From the NCBI RefSeq assembly GCF_963921235.1, contig NC_086097.1, forward strand, positions 45,510,001 to 45,574,000: DNA of 64,000 nt. Reading direction: 5' to 3'. Both the position numbers and the translations under genes were made by a program. Of the stretch, positions 1 to 14,413 are shown piece after piece. Origin of the DNA: Mobula hypostoma. Lineage: Eukaryota. Positions within the stretch are counted from its first letter, which is position 1. Every line of letters begins with the position of its first letter. The notes below the pieces were generated by a model, which saw nothing but the letters and a program-made list of their open reading frames with translations, ran no database searches and was not told where the DNA came from.

Positions 1-696
1 ATAAATATCTTCAAAAATTCAAAAACTTCCAGATTATCTCTCAATCTTTCACATAAAGAGATGGGACCAGGCCTGTACCTCTATTTGCAATACATGTAAC
101 CTTAAAGTTTTGATCCTTGTTGATCTTTCTTGTGACACAGAGCAGGATGGATGGGCAAATATTCCTATTGCAAGTGATAGAAGATTTTTTTTAGTGTTTC
201 AGTATCAATTTTATAATGTGGCAATCAGATTTGTATGTATGCTTCTATTTTTTCAAAGATCTATCTCTTCTGGAAATACCTGGCATGTTGAGCTGATCTT
301 AAAATAAGTTTACCCTTTTCTGAGTTCTAATGAAAAGTCACTGATGTGTTATAGTAGTTTTCTTTCTGCCTAAGTGTTGCCCTGAACATTTAAAGCATTT
401 TCTACTTTGCACCCAGTTTTGGTGATCTTGCATTTGTACTTCCTGATCCTTTAACTCTTTTACTCCATTGGACTCTTGGAGTAAACTGTTGAGTTTTCAT
501 TTTTTTGTTTCTGTTATGTAAGACATCACATGTTGATTCATGTCTTGTCAGAACTTGTACATGAAAATCCCAGCATTATCTGAGTTCCTAACCATCCTGT
601 CTAGCACCAAAAATCATTCCACAGTCAAAGTCACTTAGAATCATACTTCTTCTCCATTCTGATGTTTGGTCTGAACAACAATTGAACCACTTGATA

Positions 697-960
697 TATA
701 CTTCTGCGTAGTAGCCTACACCATTGTGAGCATTTATACTTGTGCGTTGGTGTGTGTGCGTCGCTCTGCAATTCAGTCGCCCAAAGGGAAGCTATTGCAG
801 CGTAGGAGGAAATGCAATGCTACCAAGCGGACCAATCACAGTTGTTGTGGGCTGCGTCGCCGTGACGCATAGTTACATTTTTGGGGAGGTGCGCATCAGG
901 CTATAGCGTAGGGTACGCGGCTACGCCGTACCTATGGCATAGATTTGACGCAGAAGTATA
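697..960. mobile_element. MITE-like non-autonomous DNA element inserted in a Tc1-like end fragment
   Basis: Perfect 13-bp inverted repeat TATACTTCTGCGT (697-709) / ACGCAGAAGTATA (948-960). CpG-rich interior; the flanks read as one interrupted Tc1-like terminal sequence. Confidence 0.6.
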
Positions 961-2364
961 AATTGGTATGTCTTTATGCATTAAGTTGTGGCCACATGAT
1001 TGGTTGATTAGATATTTGCATTAACAAGCAGGTGTGCCTAATTGGGTGTATGTATTTTCTACTCTGAGTAAAACTAGGTAAAACTAATGTGAATTAATAC
1101 AGCGTCTTCACATACACTGAGAGGCTTCGCAGAAATATTAGACATCATTTTGCACTAAGGTATATTTGAGTAATTGACTTTTAGGGGCAAATGGAAATGC
1201 CAAATAGAGTTGGTGGTTGAAAAAACAGGTAATTTATTAAAACTGGTGTGCACCAGGAGACCAATCAAAGCCAATCTAAAACAAGAGAAAATCTACAGAT
1301 GCTGGAAATTCAAGCAACGTCCACAAAATGCTGGAGGAGCTCAGCAGGCCAGACAAGACTTGCCATAGGGTCTCAGCCCAAAACGTTGACTGTACTTTTT
1401 TCCATAGATGCTGAGTTCCTCCAGCATTTTGTGTGTTGTGTGTGTTACAAAGCTAATCTACCTGAGTGTAAATTTGGTACAGCTTTTACATCTTTAGCTG
1501 ACAATATTACACAGAAACTTGCAACTACAGTATGTTTTGATAGCAGATAGTGGTTACAGAAAGACAAGTAACAAGTAGTTTTTGATTAGTGAATAAAATG
1601 ATTAATCACAAGCCTTAGTTAACAGTAAATCCTATTTTCTATTACATAGTGCCCTTTGTGAATAGTTGAGTGTTAGATTTAGGAGAAGTTAATAGGAATG
1701 TGAAGAAAATCGATTACAGATGAAATTGGTAGGAGACTGAATATGAGCACTATATACTCAACAAGCTGAGAGACCTTACATGTTGTAAAGAATATGGAAA
1801 TGTATAGACATGGGTCAGATGAGGTTTGTTGCTGGGGTAGGGAGAGGGATAGAATGGGATTTTACAAAAACTTGAATTTTAAATCATGGAATTGCTGAAT
1901 TAGGACCCAATTCATACCAGAATATGTAGGAAATTTAGCACCTTGCATTTGCTCAGCTATTCAAACAAATTTTGACTGATTTGATCTTGGCCTTCTGATT
2001 CTATCTGATTCCTTCATAACTCAAAAATCTGCCCGTTTCAACTTCGATTATTCAACTAAATCTGAACAATAGTTTTATATAGAGAACTCAAAAGTACAAC
2101 TTCGGAAAAAGAAAAAAAAGTCGTTATTTCAATCCGAAATGGGTTTGTATTATTCTTAATTTTTTGTTGTTCTGGATTCCCCAATGGATGATTCCTCCAA
2201 TGCTGAATTGTCTGGTTTGAAGGATAAATGACAGAAAGAAGGATTGAATTGGTGGGAAGGAAACTGAAGTTGTGATCAGGATCAAATGTAAATCTGAGAA
2301 GCTTCCTGATAAATAGAGGAAATATCTTTTTTTAATCCAGAATTGGGAGTTAGATGGTTATAAA

Positions 2365-4010
2365 CATGAGATACTGCAGGTGCTGGAAATTTTGAGCGTA
2401 ACACACAATATGCTGGAGGAACTCAGTACGTCATGCAGCATCTATGGAGGGGAATAAGCAGGTTCAAGCTGAGAATCTTCATCAGGTCTGGAAAAGATGG
2501 AAGCAGAAGATGGGATTAGAAGATGGAGGGAGAGGAGTACGATCTGGCAGGTGATAGGTGAGACCTGATGGGTAGGGTATGAAGTAAGAAGCTGGGAGGT
2601 GATAGGTGGAGGAGATAAAGGGCTGAGAGAGGTGAATATACGAGTGGGCAATAGATCATGGAATAAAGGCGAGGAGTGGGGCAACCATAGGGAGGTGATG
2701 ACCAGTAGAGGAGAAGAGAAGCGGTGAGAGAGTGACCAAAGTGGGGAATGGAAAAGAAGTGGGCGAGTGGAATATTTCCTGGCAGATAGAGAAGTTCATG
2801 CCCTCAGGTTGAAGATGATGCAAGAGAATATGAGAGATTGCTTCTCTGACCTGAGTTTGGCCTCATTGTGGCAGTAGAGGACACCACATTCATACATACA
2901 TATCGATATGAGAATAGTAAGTCAAATTGAAATAGGTAGCCACCAGGAAATCTTGCCTTTTGTGCCATGCAGAACAAAGGTGCTCAATGAAGTGGTCCTC
3001 CAATCTGTGTTGGGTCTCACCAACACAGTAGAGGAGGCTGCACTAAATACAATGAATGACCCTGACAGACTCACAAGGTGAAGTGTTGCATCACCCGGAA
3101 GGACTTTTAGGGGCCCTGAATGGTGGTGAGGGAGGAGGTATAGGGGTAGGTGTAGCACTTGTCATGCTTGCATGGTTAAGTGCCAGGAGGCAGATTAGTG
3201 CAGAGGGACCAGAAAACAAGAAATCATGTAGAGTGTGGTCCCTACAAAAAGCGGCGAGGAAGGGAGAGGGAAGGATGTGCTTAGTGATAGGACCATGTTG
3301 AAGATGAAGGAAATTGCAGAAAGTAATGTGTTGGCTGCAAAGGCCTGTGGGGTGGCAGGTGCAAAGGGATCCCTGCTCCTATTATTATGGTGGGAGGATA
3401 TGTGAGGACAGATTGCCAAGAAGTGAAAGAGATGTGGGTTAGGGCAATATTGATCGTCCTGCAAGTGAAACACCGTTTTTTTTGGGGGGGTGGGGAGAGG
3501 ACATTTAAGATGGTCTAAAATAGAAAGCCACATCCTGAAAATTTTTGTGACGGATGGGGAGGAACTGAGAGCAGGGAATTACATTTTTACAAGTGACAGG
3601 GTGGGAAAAGGTGGACTCAAGATAGAGTCAGAGGGGTTGTAAAATATGTCAGTTTAGCCTGTAATCAGAAACAGAGAGATTAAGAAAGGGGAGAGAGTTG
3701 GACCAATTATATTTGAGGGCACAGTGGATGTCTTTTGAGGGCGCATTGGTGCAGTAATCCGCACCAATGTAGCGTAGAAAGAGTTGGGGAGCATTATTAA
3801 TTTAGGCTCGGAGCATGGACTGTTCCACATAGCTGACAAAAAGGTAGGCATTGCTCATGGCTACACCTTGGGTTTGGAGAAAGTGTGAGGAGCCGAAAGA
3901 AGAAATTGTTGAGGGTGAGAACTAGTTCTGCCAGGCAGTGAAGGGGTACTGGTTAGATCTGTTGTCCAGAAAGAGATGGAGAGCTTTAAAGCTTTTGGAT
4001 GGGAAATGGA
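2365..4010 (-). mobile_element. Degenerate Penelope-like retroelement (RT and GIY-YIG remnants plus terminal repeat)
   Basis: Minus-strand frames give LYCVGETQHRLEDHFIEHL (GIY-YIG-like) and GVAM...YLFVSYVEQS (PLE RT-like). Terminal sequence is related to the 52.5-54.2 kb element. Confidence 0.75.
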
Positions 4011-4483
4011 AGTGTATAGGAATACTTAGATAGTCATGGATCTTTGTATTACCCAGATCAAGATAAATATTGCTTAAGTATTGGTAGGTATTATTGGTGT
4101 GTATGTTTCTGTGTTTTTGGATTATGTTACTGAGAGGTAGTATTTACTGGAGAAGCATAAGGGGTATTGCTGGTGAGGATATTTTGAGTATCTCCTGTTG
4201 TTTTTCTGCATAAGTTGCTGACCATATTGTTCATTTTCCCATGTTCTATTGTCAATGACCTCAAACTGAGCCATTCCCATATCTACTTCTCTGGTCAATA
4301 TCTGATATTTTCCTCATTGTCAGTTCCTGTAGAATCTCATCCATTATTAGAGTAGATAGAAATATATTCTGTGCACATTTTAGGAACAAACTTGTACATT
4401 TCATGTGTTACGGTTCTCCTTTTCGAGCTATTGTTTCAGAAATATAACCATCCTTACTTTTCATATATACAGCAGTCAATAAG

Positions 4484-5135
4484 ACTGTCTGTCTGTCTAG
4501 GTACCATATCTGATGCGGACTTTGACCATGGTTTTCCATATGGATCTATCCTTCATTTTTTGGATGACTTCAATTTCCTCAATGTGTAGCCACCTGGCTA
4601 CCTGGCTATGCTTTTGATGTACATAAGCCGAGGTCCTCCTCTAGGTTTACTCCCCTCAATCTTTCCAGAGAGTATGAGTTTTTCTAGTTTATCTTTCCGC
4701 ATGCTGTGTCCTAGGAATCTGAGTTGTCTTTCCCTTATTGTTGGTATGAGTGATCGAACTGCTTGGGCTCTTCTAAGAACTTCTTCATTTGATGTGTGTG
4801 TGGTCCATGATATTTTTAACGTTCTCCTGTAGAACCATAATTCAGCTGCTTCTAGTCTCTTTTCCATTGCTGGGGAAATGGTCCAGCATTCACTTCCATA
4901 AGTCAGGATAGAATAAATGTAGCACTGCAGTATTCTGTTTTTAGTGTACGTGCTCATCTTTCTGTCTGTTAATATGGTCTTCATTTTTTGGAAAGCTTCT
5001 TTGGCCATTGCTATTCTGTATTTGATACCTGTGTTGCATCTGACATTACTTGTTATTAGGCTGCCAAGATATTTTAATTTGTTGACTTGTTTGATGTTTG
5101 TATTTCCGATCTTGATCACACATTGGGATGTTTGT
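4484..5135 (-). mobile_element. RTE-clade LINE, 3' fragment
   Basis: ORF 4598-5119 (KYLGS...YSILTYGSECWT...LEAAELWFYRR...GKIEGSKPRG) is typical of the RTE ORF C-terminus. Short (AGAC)n tail near 4484-4498. Confidence 0.85.
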
Positions 5136-5713
5136 CAATAAGTAACACAGCAAAATTCCACAAATGGCAAAGAGAAATAATAAATTAATTTGTTCCTGCT
5201 GGTGTTGGTTGAAAGATGAATGTTAGTTAGGGGACCATGAAAGCTCTCTTCTTGGTGAGTACCTTCCATTAATCCTTTATGGCAGGGCCATTTAAACTGA
5301 ATTAGAAAACTGCACACGTTAGGTATCAAGAAATATTTCATCTCTGCATTCTATCTTCTACTTGAACATTTCTGGAATAATTAACTTCTTTCCCCCTTTG
5401 TATGTATCTTGTTCATTCTTGCTTAATTAACCACTTATGTACTGACTTAATCTACCCAATATTTAATGTTTTCAGTAAAAATAGCCTTTTCACTGATATG
5501 CTGTCCTATTAAGTTTGTACACTTGAAGAATCTTTTTCAGCTTGAAATGATTTAAGGAGTTCAGGAATATTTTAACATTCAAAGGATCATGAAATATCAG
5601 GTTTAAATAGCTACTTGAAATACTAATACTAAAATATCAGAAATTGTATTTGTGCAATATACTGATACTATATTTACTGTTCAGCACAATAATTAGAATT
5701 TTGTTTCAACTAG

Positions 5714-5824
<111 letters not shown>

Positions 5825-7665
5825 TAATGTACTTATATAAGGTAATTTTGAAGTATCCTGTAACTGATGAATATTTTAGTGATATATCTAGCATTTCATC
5901 ACCATAAAAATCATAATATGCTTTATTCAACCCATGCTAAACTCTGACTCAGAAGTTTCAGCAGTTGAAAATTTCCTACCATTTTCAGACTACTGCACAG
6001 ATCATTTTTCCCCATATAATACTTTTGTACACTTTATAAAGTTTTGTTAAAAAGCTCTTTGTAATAATTTTAGGGCAGATGTAACTAAAGCTGTCAATTG
6101 CAATATTAAAAGTAAATTTGGCTACAAAAGTTTGTTTTGACAGAATGATATATGTAAAAGATTGAAGTGCATGTCGATGGTTTCTCAATAGGCCAAGTAA
6201 TGTGAAATCATTAAGAAAAATATCTGCTGTTGATCATTTTATTTGTCCAACAGTAATGTGCAAAGCGTGCAATATTTTAACATGTTTCAGAGGAATAACT
6301 TTTTCCACTTTTTGGGTTAATTATTTATAAAAACTTGAATTTCTTGTTATTGTTACTTAAAGCTGCATTCCTTCCTGGCTCCATTAGAAATAGTCATAAA
6401 ATACTGCATGCTATTGCAGACTTTCCAGGCTCTTGGGAACCCTAAACAAAGAACGAAATTATTTAAAAACCTCAAGTGTGCATGTGTATATGTGTGCATG
6501 TAAACTCCCTCAATTCACAAGTTATTCATAAATCCACCATTTTGCAAGTCTTTCCACCCCTTTCGCAAACTGGAAATAATGGTGACCGAAACAGAATCCT
6601 CGGTGAAAATTGTTAGCAGTACGTCATCTGTGATGGTTTCATGAAAGCTGCCACCCCTGTGGTGCTGTACTCAAAATGGTGGACCTAGTAATTAAGGTGA
6701 GGAGTTCTGACTTTTCTTCCTTACTGCTTCTCTCCCTCTCCCTTAACAAAAAAATGTTAAGAATAAAATGAGGGAATAAAATGTGCAGACTGTCTGTAGT
6801 TCTGGTTAATGACATTTATTTCATTATAATTAATATATCCTTTAACCTTACTTTTGAATACAAACCTACTGACAGCCAAAATAGTCTTGGATAGTTGCCA
6901 GTTTTAGTATCCCTTAAGTCCCTTTCCTTGTGGATGAGTTCCTCCCAGCCATTTGGTTTTTTTTTGTGTGCATTCCACTCTGGGTTTGGCAGTTGTGTGA
7001 TAGTTTTGTAATGCTACTACTAGGCTCTTTGTACTGCCACTCTTTCTACTTTAAAAAAAACACCTTAATGAACAAATTTCTTGATGTTGACAAGTTTGCA
7101 TTCATTGAGATTTTAAGTAGTTTCATCCCATATCTTGTGTGGGTACATCAAAACAAATACACAAGTAATGTGTAATCAATCAATTCAATGTTTTAAATGT
7201 AACACAAGTTCAGTTGAAATGTACAAGATATTAATTGGTTCTTTCCAGTTGCAGATAATTAATATTTTTCCCATTTTTTCCTTTATATTTGAAATATTTC
7301 TGGTCACATGCACACATTGCTAGCCGAACTAGCGCAGTTGCTTCCAAGTTATTAATAATTATTTTTCTACGAGCCCATTATGAAGGAATGCTCCTTTAAG
7401 GTTGTACAGGCCTCAAAAGTGTATTTTATTTCCTGCAATAAAGGTACTTTGTGCGCTCAAAAGAAAGTGACATTCATTAGGAATTTTGGCCTGTTGGGAA
7501 ATTAGTGCACGGAACAGAAGTTTTTTCTTGGGCAATATCTTTGAAATACCGTTTCTGATTAATTGTTATAGTTATTATTTTGTGATTACATTTGGATCTC
7601 TAAAATCTTAATTCATGTCTGGTAAATTATTAGAAAAATTGAAACTCTTAATGCTGATTTCCTAG

Positions 7666-7821
7666 GTAGAGAAAGGACATCCTGCTAGACCACAATTTCA
7701 AGATGTATATAGAGAATTTGAAATGCTGCATAAACATGTGAAGAAAATGGCTGAAGAGCACTTAAATAATTCCATTCGATTAACAAATCCTCAACAGCCC
7801 TTACAGATTTCTAGCCTGCAG
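7666..7821 (+). CDS. ZNF839: ZNF839 internal coding exon (VEKGHPARPQFQDVYREFEMLHKHVKKMAEEHL...LQISSLQ)
   Basis: cctag acceptor, CAG|gtaaat donor, 156 nt, phase 0/0. Resembles the ZNF839 [28 protein letters not shown] segment. Confidence 0.88.
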
Positions 7822-8776
7822 GTAAATAAATGCTTGTGGGGAATTTATAGGACAAGCAGTATTAAGTTTCAGATTTAATTAATTTTCTTCAACTATTGCT
7901 ACAATCTATCACTTTGCATGATTGCAATAAGAACAATCAAAGGTGCAGCAAAAATAAGCTTTGTTGTATTTTCTTTTTATTGCTAGTTAATGTTTATCTG
8001 AATAAGTGGTAATTAATGGCAATTAAATGGCAATAACTCAATTAATCCCAGATTGAGTGATAATGTCACAAAAATGATTGTTCAGACATATTTCAGAATC
8101 ATTTGGTCATCATAAAACTAAACATTTACTAAAACATTCCATCACTCTCATCAGTTTAGTCAACTACTTAACCATGCTCCTATTTATAGAGCAATTTTAA
8201 ATAGATAATTGTATATTACAAGGTGTTTCCAACAATGTTAAACAAAATTTGAAACTAATCCACATGGAGCATGGCTAAACAGTTGTTCAGAAAGATAGGT
8301 TTTGGGGAATGCCTTGAAAGAGAAAAGTGAATTGCAGTGAGAAGATTACAGAGGGTTGGGGATTAGAAACTGGGACCTTAACAGATGAATCTATGTCATA
8401 AATGAAGGATTAAAAGACATTAGAGTTGAAGGAATTCAGAACTATCACTGTCAGTCTGGAGTGACTAAGTCTGGAGGAATTGTGACATATAGTGGGACAA
8501 GAATGTGAATAGTAAACTAAGGATTTATCAGAGAAAAAATGGATGTAAATCCATGTTATACAGAAGTCTACAGTCATTAAATCTTTGCCATTATTTGTGC
8601 TAGCTCTACAACTTGATCTTAAAGGCAGGTGTGAAGCTCCTGTAGCTCCTTCTATCATCAAGATAGATGTTTGTCACCATTGATCCTTACCAGAATCCTG
8701 TCTTTTTTTTTCACTTTAAGCCGAACTGGCTACTGTTTTAACTAAAATTTATATTGCAAAAATGAGATGGGACATA

Positions 8777-9620
8777 CAGTGGATTCCAATTATTTAGGGC
8801 AATCAAGATCAGTAGATTTGGCTCAATTAAGTGGCTGTCTTAATTAACTGAAGTTTCATGAAAATAGTTTAATGGGTATTAAAAGAAAGACAAACTACTG
8901 TTTAACTGAGTAACAAATTATGTATTTAAATAATTAGTATATCTGTGCACTTGTAATGCTACTGTGACTAATTTCCTTTGAAATCAATAAAGTATCTATC
9001 TATCTGAAATATAGAACAAATTAGAGCACTATCAGCACTAGCACAGTACTATGAAACTATATTAGTTCCTAATAGTTATTGATGGAGGAATTCATTCATT
9101 GTACACCTTCATGTTCTTTTGATTGTAAATGAACAAAATCAGCACAGACACCAATTTTAGATAGTGGACTGCCTTCATACAATTTTTGATGATTGCATCC
9201 TCCAAATCTTTATTTTCATTGTAACATTCAAGACAGTTGTCAATACCTTCAAATTCTTCATAGTTCCTAGCTTGCTGAAGCAGTGAAATTTTCATTTTCA
9301 CTCCTGGCTGTTTCTGGTATCTCCAAATCTGAATGCTTGAAACTGCAGTGAGCAAAACAGCTCTGAATTGTCTTGCTGCTTATTTCTCGTCAACTATCAG
9401 TGACAAAAATCATCGTGTTTTAAACACACACGCAACTGATACTGTCAAAAATGCATGGGAATGACACTAGTTAGAACTATTCGGCAGCAGTCTGCTGCCC
9501 CAAATAGTGTCCTAAATAAACAAAGGTAATTCCAGCTACTTAATTAGTTTTTGTTTAAAAATTGTTCCAAAGAAGCTGCTGTCCTGATTAACTGATGGCC
9601 CAATTGACTGGAATCCACTC
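8777..9620. mobile_element. pogo/Tigger-like DNA transposon remnant
   Basis: TA-flanked imperfect TIRs CAGTGGATTCC... / ...GGAATCCACTC; acidic transposase-tail-like remnant on the minus strand. Confidence 0.6.
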
Positions 9621-9933
9621 TATGGTGTAGTCATACTCCACTCTTCACATGAACTATTGACTGCATACATTAATTTTGATGATTGTGTTTTGGTTGTGTA
9701 GTATGGTGTTTTTTGTCAGAGGAATTTTTCATGGACAGCCAGATGACATTTTTCCACATTGACTCTTATAAGTGATTAAAATTCTGTAGAAAGTTACTCT
9801 GAATATTTCACTTGGTTTAAATACTCTATATAAAAGATTGAATCTTTGTCACATTACTTATAGTTTCAAGAAGGGCACTGCTTTTAAATTAGGAATGCTG
9901 AAATAGTACGTTATTAATTAGTAAATAAATATA

Positions 9934-11490
9934 CAGTTGCCGGAAAAAGTTTGTGAACCCTTTGCAATTACCTGGTTTTCTGTCTTAATTACTCATAAAA
10001 TGTGGTCTGATCTTCATCTAAGTCACAATAATAGACCCACACACTCTGCCTAAACTAATAACATAAACATTTGTACTTTTCATGTCGTTATTGAGTGCAT
10101 TGTTGAATCATTCACAGTCCAGTCTGAAAAAAGTGTGTGAACCTCTTATGCTTAATAACTGGTAGAATCTCTGTTAGCAGGAATAACCTCCTCCAAAAAT
10201 TTCCTGTAGCTGCTGACTTGCACAATGGCAAGGAGGAATTTTAGACCGTTCCTCCATACAAAACTGTTTCAGTTCATCAATATTTCTGAAACACTTTGCA
10301 TGAACAACCCTCTTCAGGTCACGCCACAGTATCTCACTTGGGTTAAGGTCTGAACTCTGACTTGGCCATTCTAAAACAAGAATTTTCTTCTTTTTAAACC
10401 ATTTTGTTGTTGATTTACTCTTGTGTTTTGATCATTGTCTTGTGGCATCACCCAACTTCTAGTTAGCTTCAGGTGATGGACTGCTACCCTGACATTCTCC
10501 TGTAAAATGCCTCGATACAATTTTGAATTTATGTTCCCTCAATGATTGCAAGCTGTCCAGGTCCTGAGATAGCAAAGCAGCCCCAAACCATGTTGCTCCT
10601 TTCACAGTTGGGGTGAGGTTTTGGTGTTGGTGTGTAGTGCCCTTTTTCGTCCAAGTATAGCAGTGTGCATTCTGCCAAAAAGTTCAACTTTTGTCTCATA
10701 TGCCCACAGAACATTGTCCCAGAAGCGTTGTGGAACATCCAGGTGGTTCTTTGCAAATGTACAGCAATTTTTTCTTAGGTAGGGCTTATGTTTTAGGTTG
10801 AACATTATTCAATGTTTTTCTTATGGTGGACACGTGAACAGAGACTTTAGCAAGTTCCTAGAGACTTCTGCAAGTCTTTTGCTGTTACCCTTGGGTTCCT
10901 TTTCACCTCCTTCAACATTGGACATTGTACTCTTGCTGTGATCTTTGTAGAACACTCTCCCGAGGGGAGAGTGGCAACAGTACTGAATTTCCTCCATTTG
11001 TAGACAAATTCTCTACTGTGGACTGATGAACACTCAGGTCTTAGAAATGCTTTTGTAGCCTTTGGCACCTTCATGCACCTTTACACTTCCTCTTTGAAAG
11101 TTGTTTTGATTGAGGCATGGTACACATAAAAAGATCTTTCTTGAGAAGAGCAGGGTCTGTTAGTAACCTGACTTTGTGTCTTTTTTATTGGGCAGGGCAC
11201 TTCTACAACCCATGCCTGCAATCTCACCTCATTGACTGGAACACCTGACTCCAAATAGCTTTTGTAGAAGGCATTACCCCAGAAGTTCACGTACTTTTTT
11301 GAACCTAGACAGTGATTGTTTAAATGGTGTACTCAGTACTGACGAGAAGAAATACATGTGTTTGTGTTTTATTAGTGTAGGCAAATTGTGTTTGTCTATT
11401 CTTGTGAGTTAGATGAGAATCACATTTTATGAGTAATTAATGCAGAAAAAAGGGAATTGTAAGGGGTTTACAAACTTTTTACTGCAACTG
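9934..11490 (-). mobile_element. Full-length but decayed Tc1-family DNA transposon
   Basis: TA|CAGTTGC..AAAAAGTTTGTGAACCC and the matching right TIR ...CAAACTTTTTACTGCAACTG|TA; about 1.56 kb. Frameshifted transposase pieces (KRNPRVTAKDLQKSL, FWDNVLW..ETKVELFG, MVWGCFA.SGPGQL). Confidence 0.9.
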
Positions 11491-11496
11491 TATATC

Positions 11497-13112
11497 ACGG
11501 CCCAGATGGGGTACCTGGCACAGTACTAAAGAGCTGTGCTGATTATTTGGCTGGAGTGTTCACCGATACCTTTAACTTCTTGCTTCAGCAGTCTGAGGTA
11601 CCCACTTGCTTCAAGCAGGCTTCAATTACATTGGTGCCTAAAGAAGAACGTGGTAGTCTGCCTCAATAACTATCACAGTAGTACTTTGCATCCACTGTGA
11701 TAAAATGCTTTGATAGGTTGATGATAAAACATAATAACTCCTGCCTGAGAAGTGACTTGGATCAGTTCAAATTTGCCTACTCTCACAACAGCTCGAGCAG
11801 ATACCAATTCATTCGCTCTTCACTCAACCCTGGAATATCTGGACAGTGAAGATGTATACATCAGGATGCTCTTTATAGCTTGGCATTCAATACTAACATC
11901 CCTTCCAAATTAATCAATATGCTTCAAGCCTTAGGCCCTAATACCTCCTTGTGCAACTGGATCCTCGACTTCCTCACTTGTAGTCCCCAGTCCGTTTGGA
12001 TTGGTAGCGATATCTCCTCCACAATCTTCATCAGTACAGGTGCATAAGGCTGTATGCTTAGCTTCCTGCTGTACTCACTTTATACTTATGACTGAGAGGC
12101 AAAGCACAGCTCTAATGCCATATCTAAGTTTGTTGTTGACACCACTGTCATTGGCTGAATCAAATGTGGTGACAAATTAGCACATAGGAAGTAGATTGAA
12201 AATCTGGCTGAATGGTGCCACAACAGCAACCTCTCAATGTCAGCAAGACCAAGGAGCGGATCTCTGGTTTCCTCCTATTGACTTCTGGAGGAGGAAACCT
12301 GAGGGCCATGTGCCAGTCCTCATCAGAGGTGAAAAGGGTCAGCAACTTTAAATTCCTCGGTGTTATCATTTCAGAGGATCTGTCCTGGATTCAGCATGCA
12401 AGTCCCATTACCAAGAAAGCAGTAGGATCTCTACTATCTTGGAACTTGGCAAAGATTCGGCATTCATTTAATGACAAACACCTTTAGATGTGTGGTGGAT
12501 AGTGTATTGAGTGGTTGCATTATGGCCCAGTATAGAAACACCAATGCACTTAAACAGAAAAGCCTTCAAAAAGTAGTGGGAAAGGCCTAGTCTATAACAG
12601 GTAAAGCCCTCCCTACCATTGAGCACATCTACACAGAGCGCTGTTATAGAAAAGCAGCATTCTTCAAGGATCCCCACAATCCAGGCCGTGCTCTCTTGCT
12701 ACTGCCTTCAAGAAGGTGGTACTGGAGCCTCAGGACCTACAATGCCAGTTTCTGAAATAGTTATTTCCCCTCAACCATCTGACATTTGAACCAGAAGGGA
12801 TAACTTTGCTGAATTTAATTCACTCCATCACTGACCTGATCCCACAATTTATGGACTCACTTTCAAGGACTCTTCACCTCATGTTCTCAATATTTATTGC
12901 TTATTTAATCATCATGATTATTATTTTCTTTTTGTATTTACAATTTGTTGTCTTGCACGTTGGTTATTTGTCCGTCCCGTTGGATGCGGTCTTTCATTAG
13001 TTCTATTGTGTTTATTTGTGTTTGTGTTTATTGTGTGAATGTCTGCAAGAAAATGAATCTCAGGGTTGTATATGGTGATATATATGCACTTCAATAATTT
13101 ACTTTGAACTTT
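11497..13112 (+). mobile_element. Rex1/Babar-like LINE, decayed RT region and 3' tail
   Basis: Homologous to the 24.0-25.6 kb copy; VSNFKFLGVIISEDLSW motif; many stops. Confidence 0.8.
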
Positions 13113-13179
13113 AATAGTTTTATGAATTGAGTAGAATAAGATTGTAACAGATGTCTTTTTTCCCCTTTAAATATTCCAG

Positions 13180-13317
13180 GTAGCTGAGTCATTAGGAATA
13201 ACTGAGCACATGAATAAGGAAAATCAGCAAGATGCAAGCGTGTCTCTGACCTATAAATTAGTGACTGTGGATGACCAAAACCATGTCAATTCACCTGCAG
13301 AGAAACATGTCATGGAG
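13180..13317 (+). CDS. ZNF839: ZNF839 internal coding exon (VAESLGITEHMNKE...EKHVME)
   Basis: Polypyrimidine tract plus ccag acceptor. The VAESLGITE motif matches ZNF839. Donor GAG|gtatct, 138 nt, phase 0/0. Confidence 0.82.
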
Positions 13318-14413
13318 GTATCTGAAAATGAAAATATAAAGCAGTAATATTGGCTTCAGTCACTTAGAATAACTGCTAATTGCCTGTATTAGAACAATTA
13401 TAAACAACTTTTCTTCAATAAAATATCGACTGGAAGAACTCATTGGGTCAACTGTAACATTAGAAAGCCCTTTCCCTCTCATAAATGCTGCTTGACCTGC
13501 TGAGTTCCTCCAGCAGATTGTTGTTCCAGATTCCAGCATCTGCAGTCTCTTGTTTATCTCCAGTTTCTTTAAATCTTTTAACTAGAGAAAATAGGAATCC
13601 AGATTCAATGAATTAGTAATTACAAACTATTGAGAGGATTTCATGCCATATCAACATATTCCTTGATTGTCTTGTTGCCTGGAAAGCTACTAAACTTTTA
13701 TTTCAAATGAAGCAACTGAGTCTTCATGGCCATCTTGGGTAGAAAATTCCACAGGTTCACCATCATGTGAGTGAAGTAATTTCACCTCGTCTCAGTCTAA
13801 AGTAGCAAACTGATTATTTTCATACTGTATCTTGTGGTCCTAGACTCAGCCACATGAAATATCCTGCCTGCATCTAGACTGTTCAAGCCATTTGAGAAAT
13901 TGGTAATATCTATTGTGGTCTTTTCTGTTTGCACATGTTTTATACATTCTTCTAATGCATCTGATGATTGGTGGCCAACAAATTATCAGTGACGGGCCTA
14001 CATTGTAGATTTCCCTTCCTGAACTTTTTACTTTTCTCCTTGGTAATGAATCTTAAAACCTGTGTTTTTGACCAAGCTTGTGGTTACCTTCCCCGATGTC
14101 TCCTATGAGACAAGCTTTGTTCAGTAATTGACAATGGGACATTTTACTACATTGCCACACAAATGGAGCTCCTGTTATAAAGGGTTGATAGGAACTAACA
14201 ATAATTTGCTCTTTGGTGCTTTATTTGGGCTTGCAAAGCCTGAGATTGTCCTGTCTGTCTGGTGGTATTTTCCTGTTAATTATTAACAACTATTAACTTG
14301 TATTTTCATGGAAAATATATTCACCACTCAGATATTAATTAGCAGCCTTTTGTGTTACAAAATCAAGTCCTAAACACTAACACCCAAAATCCTAAGATCA
14401 AGACTAAACACAT

